Translations under genes and position numbers: made by a program
In this document: positions 12,044-21,810 of the stretch, in pieces
How the letters are laid out: each line of letters begins with the position of its first letter
How positions within the stretch are numbered: position 1 is the first letter of the stretch
The notes under the pieces: generated by a model
The model's database searches: none
What the model was told of the DNA's origin: nothing
The model's input: only the letters and a program-made list of their open reading frames with translations
Source: a virus
Lineage: Duplodnaviria; Caudoviricetes
IMG/VR virus record: IMGVR_UViG_3300005805_000291
Span: 1 to 31,703 of that record
DNA length: 31,703 bases
Strand: one strand, 5' to 3'

Positions 12044-12991
12044 ATGAAAGACTTTATTCAACACGCAACCAATGTGCAGAATGTACTGTGGTATATGGAT
12101 TCGATGGAAACATTATCGGATGGCACCATTATTTTTAGTGGTTGGATTGCTCACCCAACTCAACCTGTGGTCAGTTTAGTTATTGGTAATCAACCTTTAA
12201 TGTCAATGGGAATTTTTGATAGACCTGATGTAAAGCAAGTCTATCCGAATCTCCCGACAGCTCAAGTAGGGGTAAAAGTCCGTTTACATAAAGACCATCT
12301 TACATTACCAGTCAGTTTAATTTTACAGAACGGTGAAACTGTATATAGCATCGGTACATTTCAACGGTGGGCAGCGTTTTATTCTGGATTTAAACCAGTT
12401 CAAAAGAAGGGCATCGTAATAGTTGATGACTTTTATGCTGACCCAGATTTTGTTCGAGAATTTGCAATGAAAAATCTTACATTCGCCGGTTCAGATTATC
12501 ATCGGGGTAAGCGTAGTGAAGAACGGTTTATTTTAAATGGAACTAAAGAAACCTTTGAAGAAATTCTGGGTAAGAAAATTATCAACTGGAATCATCCATC
12601 GTATGCAAATGGTAAGTTCCAATATTGCACATCTACTGATCCTATCGTGTATCACGTAGATACACAAACATATGCTGCTATGGTATACTTAACTCCAGAT
12701 GCACCACTGAATACTGGTACGGCAACGTATCGGAGTAAGATTACTGGCGCAACTCGTTTTGATTCTTATGAAGGTAATGAAGAGTTATATATTAAAACGT
12801 TTAAGGGTAGAAGTAACGATATGAACTTCTACGACAACACGACATATGAATTGGTTGATTCTATGGCTAACGTGTATAATCGGTTAGTATTATTTGATTC
12901 TAAAACTATTCACGCAGCAACCGGTTACTTTGGTGATGCTATTGAAAACGCTAGATTCTTCCACCTTTTCTTCTTTGATGTAGAATGGTAA
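12044..12991 (+). CDS. 2OG-Fe(II) oxygenase (DUF6445-like) with extra N-terminal beta domain
   Basis: IVIVDDFYADPDFVREFA, HVD, AAMVYLTPDAP, YNRLVLFDSKTIHAA and distal R give the HxD...H...R set. The first 115 aa or so contain FSGW...RPDVKQVYP. Confidence 0.8.
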   Translation: MKDFIQHATNVQNVLWYMDSMETLSDGTIIFSGWIAHPTQPVVSLVIGNQPLMSMGIFDRPDVKQVYPNLPTAQVGVKVRLHKDHLTLPVSLILQNGETVYSIGTFQRWAAFYSGFKPVQKKGIVIVDDFYADPDFVREFAMKNLTFAGSDYHRGKRSEERFILNGTKETFEEILGKKIINWNHPSYANGKFQYCTSTDPIVYHVDTQTYAAMVYLTPDAPLNTGTATYRSKITGATRFDSYEGNEELYIKTFKGRSNDMNFYDNTTYELVDSMANVYNRLVLFDSKTIHAATGYFGDAIENARFFHLFFFDVEW

Positions 12992-14802
12992 AATTACATC
13001 TTTTAACGAGATGTACACGGTTACATAATTTAGACCGCATCAAAGAGTCAGTATTTCCATCACCATTTGATGTGGTATGGCATCTAATATTTGACACAAC
13101 CACATTAAAAGATATTGATGCGGAACTGTTACATCGGCTACAAAATAGAAATACTCGGTTCCATTTCGTCAAAGGAAATGGTAAAGACTATTTGTACCCG
13201 CAATTAAGCCAAATTATTTCTGGCTTAGAAGATGGATTTGTGGGAATATTGGATGATGATAATATCATACATCCTGATTTTTATAATATTCTTTTGCAAG
13301 AAATATTGCAAAATCAAAATAAGATGGGATTTGTTTACGAACAATACGTTGGTGGAATAGATTTTACTGGTCTAGAAATACGAAATGTTGGTCCGCAACA
13401 TATGAAACTACGTCATATAGACTCTGCCCAATATATTCTTCATACAAAATTATACAAACTAAAAACTTATGAAGATGGTTATGATGCAGATGGTAAATTT
13501 ATTGAACGTCTATATCATACAATTCCAGAAGAATTTCATTTTATACACAAAGTATTGTGTTACTACAACCACCTTACTCCAATTAAAAAGGCCAGAGTTC
13601 CAAAAATATTATATATTGGAGATGACCAGCCAAAGCTAGAAAGTATTAATTATTTAGGTTATGAAGATACTAGTTTGGATGTGCAGTACGCTAAAGACGA
13701 TACTAATCTAGTAAAATCACTAATGTTATTCAAACCTGACGCTATCATTACCGTGTCGGATGACTATAGAAAATTTACGAACTTGTGTTCGTCTACATTA
13801 GATGTCCGTAAGCGATGGATGACGGTCACTCCGGGAGCGGAAAATATCGGTGATATTGCATATAATTGTGCTATGAACCAAATATTAGAGCAAAATCACG
13901 ATAAGTTAGTATCATACTTTACTCCAATATATAATACGGGTAATAAACTGTTACGTACTTACGAATCGCTCAAGGAACAAACATATACTGATTGGGAATG
14001 GGTAATAGTTAACGATTCTTCCGATGGTGGTAAAACATTAAAAATTGCAGAAGCTATTGCGGCAAAAGACCATCGCGTTCGGGTATATGACTTTAGAGAA
14101 AAAACAAAAGGTATTATAGGTGAATCAAAGTACAGAGCAGCATGCTTGACACGTGGTAAGTGGTTAGCAGAACTCGACCACGATGATGTGTTAACAGACA
14201 ACTGTACAATGGATATTATTAATGCAGCAAATAAGTTTCCAGATGCTGGATTTATTTATAATGATAGTGTAGAGATAACTGAAGATTGGCGTTCTCTTAC
14301 TTATCCAGAAGGATTTTCTCTTGGTTATGGCAAATACAGAAAAGTAAGTTATCGCGGATGTATGTGGGACGTTGCTGTAACTTCAAATATTAATCCGAAA
14401 ACTATTCGACACATTGTAGGTGTACCAAATCACGTGAGAGTTTGGCGAAGAGATGTATATTTCCAAATTGGGGGACACAACCGAGATTTGGCAGTGGCAG
14501 ATGATTATGAATTAATTATTCGCACGTTCTTACACACAAAATTTGTTAAGATACCAAAATTGGGATATATTCAATTTATTTACAATAATCACACCGGACA
14601 AAATACGCATGACCTTTCTCGTGCGGATATTCAACGTCGAGTTAGAACGATTATGTATCATTATAATGATAGAATCGCCAAACGATTTGATGAACTTGGT
14701 GTTGAAGATTATCCATACAAACTAAATAGACACGACCCTCTTTCCGTACCAAGTCGATTTGGTGAAGGTGAGAATTACGTCAATTATATATTCGAAGAAT
14801 AA
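12985..14802 (+). CDS. Tandem two-domain GT2 glycosyltransferase
   Basis: Domain 1 has ILDDDNIIHPDF. Domain 2 has VSYFTPIYNT...SLKEQTYTDWEWVIVNDSSD...ELDHDD...ADDYEL. Confidence 0.88.
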   Translation: MVKLHLLTRCTRLHNLDRIKESVFPSPFDVVWHLIFDTTTLKDIDAELLHRLQNRNTRFHFVKGNGKDYLYPQLSQIISGLEDGFVGILDDDNIIHPDFYNILLQEILQNQNKMGFVYEQYVGGIDFTGLEIRNVGPQHMKLRHIDSAQYILHTKLYKLKTYEDGYDADGKFIERLYHTIPEEFHFIHKVLCYYNHLTPIKKARVPKILYIGDDQPKLESINYLGYEDTSLDVQYAKDDTNLVKSLMLFKPDAIITVSDDYRKFTNLCSSTLDVRKRWMTVTPGAENIGDIAYNCAMNQILEQNHDKLVSYFTPIYNTGNKLLRTYESLKEQTYTDWEWVIVNDSSDGGKTLKIAEAIAAKDHRVRVYDFREKTKGIIGESKYRAACLTRGKWLAELDHDDVLTDNCTMDIINAANKFPDAGFIYNDSVEITEDWRSLTYPEGFSLGYGKYRKVSYRGCMWDVAVTSNINPKTIRHIVGVPNHVRVWRRDVYFQIGGHNRDLAVADDYELIIRTFLHTKFVKIPKLGYIQFIYNNHTGQNTHDLSRADIQRRVRTIMYHYNDRIAKRFDELGVEDYPYKLNRHDPLSVPSRFGEGENYVNYIFEE

Positions 14803-14803
14803 T

Positions 14804-15469
14804 ATGTACTCAGTAATTATTCCTACCATATGGAAACAAAACTTGAATAATTTTCGTGAAGTTTTAGAAGATTTAAATGCTTCACCCGATGTACGCGAAA
14901 TTATTCTGATTGACAACGCTCCATCTGCTAATAGTAAAACCATACTAGCTGGTATTTCAAAAATACAATATATGCCGATGGAACAGAACATATATGTTAA
15001 TCCTTCGTGGAATCTTGGGGTTAGTGCAGCTAATAGTGAATATGTAATGATATTAAATGATGATGTGTGGACAAATCCCTCTTTGTCAAAGATAATTGAG
15101 ACACACAAAACCCACGAAGATAAAAATAATGGAATTTATGGGTTCTCAACATCTTGTTTCTTATGTAAAGAAAGTATACAAACGGTGCCTACAGAACCAG
15201 TATATTTTGTTTCAAACGAAGGCAGAGGAACTGGATGGGGGTGTATGTTCTTATTTAAGCGAGATATGTGGGTAGATATACCAGACGAACTCAAAATATG
15301 GTTTGGTGATGATTATATTACTCAGCAATTTATGAAACGCAACCAGACTGTATATTCAATTAAAAATGTCTGTGTTACTGAATGGTCGGTGACCACGCGG
15401 TTACCTGAATTTAGTTCTATAATGGAAAATGATAGACAACTATACTTTTCGAAAGGATACGTAGTATGA
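14804..15469 (+). CDS. GT2 family glycosyltransferase
   Basis: The real start is likely ATG 14804, 1 nt after the upstream stop. MYSVIIPT...EIILIDN...NIYVNPSWNLG...ILNDDV...WFGDD. Confidence 0.85.
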   Translation: MYSVIIPTIWKQNLNNFREVLEDLNASPDVREIILIDNAPSANSKTILAGISKIQYMPMEQNIYVNPSWNLGVSAANSEYVMILNDDVWTNPSLSKIIETHKTHEDKNNGIYGFSTSCFLCKESIQTVPTEPVYFVSNEGRGTGWGCMFLFKRDMWVDIPDELKIWFGDDYITQQFMKRNQTVYSIKNVCVTEWSVTTRLPEFSSIMENDRQLYFSKGYVV

Positions 15470-17433
15470 AAAAGAAATTACTTTTTATTGCCCCGCATTT
15501 GTCTACCGGAGGAATGCCACAATATCTTGTTAAGCAAATAGAATCCATACTGTCTGAATTTGAGGTTTATTGTGTTGAGTGGGAAAATATTACCGGCGGA
15601 GTACTAGTTGTACAACGTAATCGCGTTGTTAGTCTTTTAGGAGATAGACTTATCACGTTAGGCACTGATAAACATAAGCTGATAGATACCATAAAGCACC
15701 TTAATCCCGATATTGTACATCTTCAAGAAATTCCAGAATTATTTATGGATTCTGCGGTGGCTAATTTATTATATAAGTCTGACAGACACTATGCTATTAT
15801 AGAAACTTCACACGATTCAAGCTTTGATACATCTAAAAAGATTTACATTCCAGATAAGTTTTTAATGGTAAGTCAATATCAAGTAAATCAATATAAAGCA
15901 TTGAACGTTCCATGTCATGTTGTAGAATATCCCATAGAAAAGAAATTAAGAACTAAGAACAGAGAAAACGCATTACGTGATTTGGGATTGGACCCCAACA
16001 TTAAACATGTAATTAATGTAGGATTATTTACTCCACGAAAGAATCAAGCGGAAATCATCGAATATGCACGGATGTTAGAAAACTATCCGATTCAGTTTCA
16101 TTTTATCGGAAACCAAGCAGATAACTTTAAATTTTATTGGGAACCACTAATGCAGAATTTCCCAAAGAATTGTAAGTGGTGGAATGAAAGGAGTGATGTA
16201 GACAGTTTTTATGAAGCGGCAGATTTATTTTTATTTACATCTCGCGGGCATGAACACGATAAAGAAACGATGCCGTTAGTAATTCGAGAATCGATTGGAT
16301 GGAATATGCCGTCACTAATTTATAATCTTCCGGTATATTTAGATTACTTTAATAAGTTTGATAATATACAGTATTTAAATTTTGATTCTTTACAAATTAA
16401 TGCTAGTAAAATTCTAGATGTACTTGGGATTACAACTAAACAAGAATGTATTATTATTTCTACCTATCCAAATACTACGTCAATAACGGAAGTTACAAAG
16501 CAGTCTATAGAAAGTGCAAAACGATTTAAGTTACCAATTATATTAGTATCACACCGTTCAGTACCAAAAGAGCTATCAGATATTGTAGATTATGTAATAG
16601 TAGACAACAACAACATCTTGACAACACACACATATTATAATAAATTTTGGTATACGCATTCTGATTTTTATGCTGAGGTAAATTTAACTACCGAGCAAAA
16701 TAATAAATACCACGGGCCAGCGGTATATACTAATTACTATAATGGTATACATTTTGCAAAAAGCATGGGATTTAAAGTTGCATACTGTTGGAACTTTGAT
16801 ATGAACATTAGTACAGAAACTCCACTTATTAAAGCAAGAACAGCATTACAAAGTAAAGAAGCGTTTATCAATGCATATACCGCCGAAGAGGGACCATGCT
16901 TACGCACTGTTTGGTTTGCTATAAAAACTGACTTTTTTACTACAAAGTTTCCTCAAATAACGAATGAACAAGAATATAATACATGGGTAAAAAACGTTGG
17001 TTCTGAATCAAACGGACTAGAAAACTTGTGGCATCATACACTTAAGCGTGAATCACATCAACTTAGTACAATATCAGAACAAGATTTTTACGATTTGTTT
17101 ACTGGATGTAGTATAAACACAAATTCTCAGGTTGAATATGCTACCGTTTTACCAATTGAAAATAATAGTGAAGAAGCAATTATTTGGTATTACGCTAGTA
17201 ATATGACAGATAGTAGAATGTTAAACGTATTAGTTAATGACGTAGTAATAGATACTGTGGCAATAACATCAAATACTGCATATCACAAAAGAATACGTTT
17301 GGTGGAAACGTACAATGTTAAATTTGAAATTATAGATAAGTTTACTAATGAAATAGTATCTACTAAACTTATTAAATTAACAGGTGAGTATATACAGAAT
17401 AAATTAAAACATAATGGGATTTTTAAAGTATGA
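15466..17433 (+). CDS. GT4 (GT-B) glycosyltransferase fused to a second putative GT-A-like domain
   Basis: PHLSTGGMPQY, NVGLFTPRKNQ and FYEAADLFLFTS...ETMPLVIRES are GT4 motifs. The second half (CIIISTYP...IILVSH...VDYVIVD...NFD) looks like another sugar-transferase domain. ATGA overlap with the upstream gene. Confidence 0.82.
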   Translation: MKKKLLFIAPHLSTGGMPQYLVKQIESILSEFEVYCVEWENITGGVLVVQRNRVVSLLGDRLITLGTDKHKLIDTIKHLNPDIVHLQEIPELFMDSAVANLLYKSDRHYAIIETSHDSSFDTSKKIYIPDKFLMVSQYQVNQYKALNVPCHVVEYPIEKKLRTKNRENALRDLGLDPNIKHVINVGLFTPRKNQAEIIEYARMLENYPIQFHFIGNQADNFKFYWEPLMQNFPKNCKWWNERSDVDSFYEAADLFLFTSRGHEHDKETMPLVIRESIGWNMPSLIYNLPVYLDYFNKFDNIQYLNFDSLQINASKILDVLGITTKQECIIISTYPNTTSITEVTKQSIESAKRFKLPIILVSHRSVPKELSDIVDYVIVDNNNILTTHTYYNKFWYTHSDFYAEVNLTTEQNNKYHGPAVYTNYYNGIHFAKSMGFKVAYCWNFDMNISTETPLIKARTALQSKEAFINAYTAEEGPCLRTVWFAIKTDFFTTKFPQITNEQEYNTWVKNVGSESNGLENLWHHTLKRESHQLSTISEQDFYDLFTGCSINTNSQVEYATVLPIENNSEEAIIWYYASNMTDSRMLNVLVNDVVIDTVAITSNTAYHKRIRLVETYNVKFEIIDKFTNEIVSTKLIKLTGEYIQNKLKHNGIFKV

Positions 17434-19535
17434 AAATAACAAATGTTACTCCAGGACTAATTCCAATTCCGCCAAATGGGTGGGGAGCAGTAGAAAAAAT
17501 TATATGGGAACAACATCGTATATTTTCTCAATACGGAATAGTATCAGAGGTAAAATATTTAGACGAAGTAACGGAACCTGAAATAGTTCATATTCATGTG
17601 GCTAATTTGGCAAACGAAGCGCATCGTCGGGGAATAAAATATTATTTTACGTTACACGACCACCATGCATATTTGTATGGTAAGGAAAGTGAAGTTTATA
17701 AAGAAAATTTACAAGCTATGAAAAACGCAGTAAAAGCATTTGTTCCTGCGAAATATTTGGTAAATTATTTTGATAATATTCCAGAGTATTTTTCTCACGG
17801 GGTTGATGTAAACTATTTTACAGCGAGAACATCTCCGATAAAATCACATAAACTACTATGCGTGGCAAACAATGGATATGCACACGACCAGACTATAGAT
17901 AGAAAAGGGTTTGGTATCGCAATTGAAGTTGCAAAGCGATGGGGGCTTCCAATTACTATAGCCGGTCCCTCGAATAACAAAAAATATTTTGAAAAGTACC
18001 CACCATCATATGATAAATTAACAATTTTGTATGACTTAAGCGAAGACGAGCTATTAAATGTCTATCACGACCATACTATATTTTTACACCCATCTGAATT
18101 GGAGGCAGGGCATCCTAACTTAACTATCTTGGAAGCACTATCGTGTGGACTACCGGTGGTAGGTACATTAGAAAAAGAAACGGTACTTAATGGAGTTGTG
18201 TCGGTAGCAGCTAATGTAGACGAAATAGTATATGGACTACAATCGGTGTTAAACAACTATGCTAATTTCTCCTCCGCAGCTCGACAGCAAGCTATAGAAT
18301 TAAGTTGGGAAAACAGATGTAAAGATTTATTAGACATATACCAATCTAAAAGCGTTTCTTCTATGACTAAAGAGATGGTATTACATTATACTAACACGCT
18401 TGCATCAAGAATTCCGATTCGTAGTCCAGACATTGAAATAAAAATTGATAATAAAGAAGGTTTACGATTAGATATACAAGGGGGACCGCGCACAAAGTAT
18501 CATGTGGATTTTATAGATAAGAAAAGAAATGTAATAGTATATTCTGCGGAACTAGCCACAGAATCTTGGGCTAAACCCTATCCTAAATATTATATTGATT
18601 GGAAAATTAAAATAAAAGATTTAAATTCAACAGTTACATACGAATTTGATTTAGATTTAACTGATAAACTTGTGTATATTGCACTAGAGTCAAGCTCATT
18701 GGGTGATACTTTGGCGTGGTTTCCATATGTAGAAGAATTTAGAAAATTGCACAATTGTAAAGTAATATGCTCTACTTTCTGGAATAGATTATTTGAAACC
18801 GAAAATCCAAATATAACGTTTGTAGCGCCAGGAACAATTGTGGACGAAGTGTACGCTCATTACAGAGTAGGTTTATATTATACCGATACGGATAATATAG
18901 ATTTAACATTACATCCAAGATACCCATTGAATAATAGATTGCAAAAAATAGCAACAGATATTTTAGGATTGGAGTATAAAGAAATCAGACCTAAAATTAA
19001 ATACAAGCCGGTAGAAATAGACGAAAAGCAAATTTGTATAGCTATACATGGTACATGTCAAGCAAAATACTGGAATAATCCTACGGGGTGGCAAGAGGTT
19101 GTTGATTGGTTATTATCCAAGGGGTACACCGTTAAATTATTATCTAATGAAAATGATGGTCATATGGGAAACCACCATCCATCAGGTGTAATCAAACATC
19201 AATCAGGTGATATCGAAGATGTCATATCTGAGATTAAAAAGTCTAAATTATTTATCGGAATTGGTAGTGGGTTAAGTTGGTTAAGTTGGGCGGTAAATAC
19301 ACAAGTAGTATTAATTAGTGGTTTTAGTGACCCCATATCTGAAATGGAAGAGTGTGTCAGAATTTCCGCACCATCATATGCATGCCACGGTTGTTTCAAC
19401 AGGTCACGACTCGACCCGTCAAACTGGAATTGGTGTCCAGACCTTAATTGGTCTAATAGAATATTTGAGTGTTCTAAGACAATTACGGCTGATACGGTCA
19501 TTAAGGAATTAAAAAAAATAATTGGTGAACTATAA
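17430..19535 (+). CDS. GT4 domain fused to Aah/TibC-type autotransporter O-heptosyltransferase (GT9-related)
   Basis: N half: IPIPPNGWGAVEK, RKG, EAGHPNLTILEALSCGLPVVG (GT4). C half: beta domain (KYYIDWKIKI), SLGDTLAWFPYVEEF, QAKYWNNPTGWQEV, FIGIGSGLSWLSWA...VVLISGFS and CHGCFN...WCP...FECSKTIT, matching remembered Aah/TibC motifs including the four-Cys iron finger. Confidence 0.85.
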   Translation: MKITNVTPGLIPIPPNGWGAVEKIIWEQHRIFSQYGIVSEVKYLDEVTEPEIVHIHVANLANEAHRRGIKYYFTLHDHHAYLYGKESEVYKENLQAMKNAVKAFVPAKYLVNYFDNIPEYFSHGVDVNYFTARTSPIKSHKLLCVANNGYAHDQTIDRKGFGIAIEVAKRWGLPITIAGPSNNKKYFEKYPPSYDKLTILYDLSEDELLNVYHDHTIFLHPSELEAGHPNLTILEALSCGLPVVGTLEKETVLNGVVSVAANVDEIVYGLQSVLNNYANFSSAARQQAIELSWENRCKDLLDIYQSKSVSSMTKEMVLHYTNTLASRIPIRSPDIEIKIDNKEGLRLDIQGGPRTKYHVDFIDKKRNVIVYSAELATESWAKPYPKYYIDWKIKIKDLNSTVTYEFDLDLTDKLVYIALESSSLGDTLAWFPYVEEFRKLHNCKVICSTFWNRLFETENPNITFVAPGTIVDEVYAHYRVGLYYTDTDNIDLTLHPRYPLNNRLQKIATDILGLEYKEIRPKIKYKPVEIDEKQICIAIHGTCQAKYWNNPTGWQEVVDWLLSKGYTVKLLSNENDGHMGNHHPSGVIKHQSGDIEDVISEIKKSKLFIGIGSGLSWLSWAVNTQVVLISGFSDPISEMEECVRISAPSYACHGCFNRSRLDPSNWNWCPDLNWSNRIFECSKTITADTVIKELKKIIGEL

Positions 19536-19555
19536 AATTAAAACAGGAGAAGTTT

Positions 19556-20143
19556 ATGCAACGCAATTATGTATTTCCAAGAAAGCATGCACCAGATTTA
19601 CAAAACTATTATTGGTATAATCAAGGTTTTTCAAATGATGAACTTAATACGATTTATCGTGATGTGGGAGAACTTTCTTTTCAAGAAGCAACGACCGCAG
19701 GAAATAACAAGTCAATTCGGTCGTCGTCTATCAAATGGATACCACAAACGGAAAAATGGGATTGGTTATACACTAAACTAATGAATATGGCGGTAGAAGC
19801 AAATGAAGCGATATGGAACTTTGATTTATACTCCGCTCCAGAAATGATTCAATACACCGAATATCACGCTGTTGCTTCTGGACACTATGGGTGGCATCAA
19901 GACATAGGGCCGGGGGTATTGTCTATCCGAAAGGTTTCCATTACTGTACAATTATCAGATACGAATGACTATAAAGGTGGGGATTTGGAAATTTGGCAGG
20001 GCGGCGACTCGTCAATCCAAGCTCCTAGAGGTCGTGGAAATGTGGTTATTTTCCCCTCATATATGATGCATAGAGTTACGCCAGTAACGGAAGGTACTCG
20101 TCGGTCATTCGTATTGTGGTTAGGTGGTGACCATTATCGGTAA
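19556..20143 (+). CDS. 2OG-Fe(II) oxygenase, prolyl-4-hydroxylase/PKHD-like
   Basis: QYTEY...YGWHQD...RKVSITVQLS...YKGGDL...FPSYMMHRVTPVTEGTRRSFVLW; AGGAG ribosome-binding site. Confidence 0.9.
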   Translation: MQRNYVFPRKHAPDLQNYYWYNQGFSNDELNTIYRDVGELSFQEATTAGNNKSIRSSSIKWIPQTEKWDWLYTKLMNMAVEANEAIWNFDLYSAPEMIQYTEYHAVASGHYGWHQDIGPGVLSIRKVSITVQLSDTNDYKGGDLEIWQGGDSSIQAPRGRGNVVIFPSYMMHRVTPVTEGTRRSFVLWLGGDHYR

Positions 20144-20169
20144 AATTCTGTATATTATTGAGTAGATTA

Positions 20170-20179
20170 GATATTTATA
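20170..20179 (+). promoter_or_regulatory. Putative late promoter motif GATATTTATA
   Basis: Intergenic, 25 nt before ATG 20205, at the switch from enzyme genes to structural-type genes. Confidence 0.6.
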
Positions 20180-20204
20180 GTGGTACCTTTTTGATGAGAA
20201 ACAC

Positions 20205-21014
20205 ATGGGTTTATTAGAGCGAGTAGCAGCAGGAACCGTATTTTCTCGTAAAACTATTACTATTCCTACGTTTTCACCTGGTGTTATTAGTGGGTCAATC
20301 CAAACACCAGGTGGGACGTATATTATACTTAATGCGACCGCTAATCGTGCAAGTCGGCTTAGACTGTATGCGGATAGTGCAAGTGTAAATGTAGATTTGA
20401 ACAGAAGTCCAACCACATTTGATATCAGTAGTTCGGTAGGATTGGTTGCCGACATTAATTTTACCGGTGCCACTACGTTAAATCTCGACCCACCAATTAT
20501 AGGTAATACCTTTCAAGGTGGGGAAACGTGGTATTTAGCAAGTGGGTCTACTGGGGCAAATACAAGTATTAGTTTTGAAGTATATAGTATAGGCACGATA
20601 GGAGACAGTACAACAGACAGGTCAGTTCTTAATATTTCTGGTTCTTCAATCTCAACAACGGGATATGGTGTTTCTGGAAGTATTTCCACTAAGAAAAGTT
20701 TTATTTTATTAAGTGGTAGCGCTACCTCGGAATCTAGATTACGACTATACTCCACCACAGTAGATAACGTTCCTGTAAGTGAACAAACACGCCTATTTGG
20801 CACGGCGTCTGTGGGTAATTCAAAACTAATAGCAGATTTTATGTTTGACTCAGCAAATACGTCATACAAATTTGTTCCCGTTCTTGAAGCATATACATGG
20901 CAAAATGATGAATATAACATTGGTACGGGAGTGGTAGGGTACCAATTAGAAAACCGCTCGGCAGGAACGTCAGATATTACTGCGTCCCTATACATTTATT
21001 CTACGGAAGAATAA
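20205..21014 (+). CDS. Putative virion protein with two tandem homologous beta domains
   Basis: SGSIQTPGGTYIILNATANRASRLRLY...LVADINF is repeated as SGSISTKKSFILLSGSATSESRLRLY...LIADFMF; Ser/Thr/Gly-rich. Confidence 0.65.
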   Translation: MGLLERVAAGTVFSRKTITIPTFSPGVISGSIQTPGGTYIILNATANRASRLRLYADSASVNVDLNRSPTTFDISSSVGLVADINFTGATTLNLDPPIIGNTFQGGETWYLASGSTGANTSISFEVYSIGTIGDSTTDRSVLNISGSSISTTGYGVSGSISTKKSFILLSGSATSESRLRLYSTTVDNVPVSEQTRLFGTASVGNSKLIADFMFDSANTSYKFVPVLEAYTWQNDEYNIGTGVVGYQLENRSAGTSDITASLYIYSTEE

Positions 21015-21015
21015 T

Positions 21016-21267
21016 ATGAGATTTTATCCATTTGGCTCAGGTTCAGTTGACCTCGCATTAGCGGTTACCTCCTCGGTTTCCGACTACGCGTTGAGCGCTA
21101 GTTTTGCAACAAGAGTATTTACCGCATCACGTGCGGTTAACGGTGTACCTGGTATAAATGGTGCAAATGGAACGTGTTTATATCTTAAAGGTACACAAGG
21201 GCCGTCTGGCTCACTTGGACCAACTGGATTTAATGGAACCGTGTCAAACGCGTTTCCATACCCATAA
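21016..21267 (+). CDS. Mini-collagen-like protein 1 (83 aa)
   Basis: MRFYPFG start, ALSASFA motif, short Gly-X-Y runs (GVPGINGANG; GTQGPSGSLGPTGFNG). Confidence 0.7.
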   Translation: MRFYPFGSGSVDLALAVTSSVSDYALSASFATRVFTASRAVNGVPGINGANGTCLYLKGTQGPSGSLGPTGFNGTVSNAFPYP

Positions 21268-21279
21268 TAGGAATTTAAT

Positions 21280-21810
21280 ATGGAATTTTTCCCACACAGA
21301 ATACCACCTACAACTGTTGGAAGAGCGGTTAGTGCTAGTTTAGCATTAAGTGCATCATACGTTGACAACACTTCCAGTACAATTGTTGCATCAGCAAGTC
21401 TGGCTTTAAATATTTCAGGATCCACTGGTTCGCCTGGAACTAATTTTACTAGAACAGGAACCCCCGGCACACAAGGTACAACTGGTCCCCGTGGGTTTAG
21501 AGGTAAGAATGTATACTTACTTAGTGTAGGTTGGGGGACTGGTTCAAAAACTCCATGCTATACCACCGATGGACTTGGTGACGCAACATATACAGGGTTA
21601 GAGTACAATTGTGATTATAGTTTACCTCAAGTATATCGTGCGGATTCTGACACACTTACTAACGGGGTAACGTTATATTATGATTCTGGATGTACAACCG
21701 TCGCAGCAAACTTGACCCTTAAATCAGACCCTATCAGTAATGGTATATTTAACACTGACGGTTCTGGTGTAATTACATTTACCGGTAACACTTGTGGGAG
21801 TTCCACATAA
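21280..21810 (+). CDS. Mini-collagen-like protein 2 (176 aa) with Cys-containing C-terminal domain
   Basis: MEFFP start, SASLALSASY motif, GTPGTQGTTGPRGFRGKN run, four Cys in the C-terminal domain. Confidence 0.7.
   Translation: MEFFPHRIPPTTVGRAVSASLALSASYVDNTSSTIVASASLALNISGSTGSPGTNFTRTGTPGTQGTTGPRGFRGKNVYLLSVGWGTGSKTPCYTTDGLGDATYTGLEYNCDYSLPQVYRADSDTLTNGVTLYYDSGCTTVAANLTLKSDPISNGIFNTDGSGVITFTGNTCGSST

Noticed and set aside
14253-14260. TATTTATA inside the tandem GT2 gene
   Set aside because: Intragenic, lacks the GA prefix and is far from any start codon; probably a chance match in AT-rich DNA.
14759-14803. Upstream TTG starts given by the ORF track here and at 35, 4053, 21792 and 22514
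   Set aside because: Downstream ATGs (14804, 4068, 21810, 22523) fit gene coupling, reduced overlap or paralog alignment better; the first gene is open from the window edge.
11110-20143. DNA hypermodification cluster (oxygenase plus glycosyltransferase, as for glucosyl-hmC or base J)
   Set aside because: Not favoured: I see no TET/JBP-like, methyltransferase, thymidylate-synthase-like or nucleotide kinase genes here, the context is virion fibres, and one enzyme belongs to a protein-glycosylating family. Not formally excluded.
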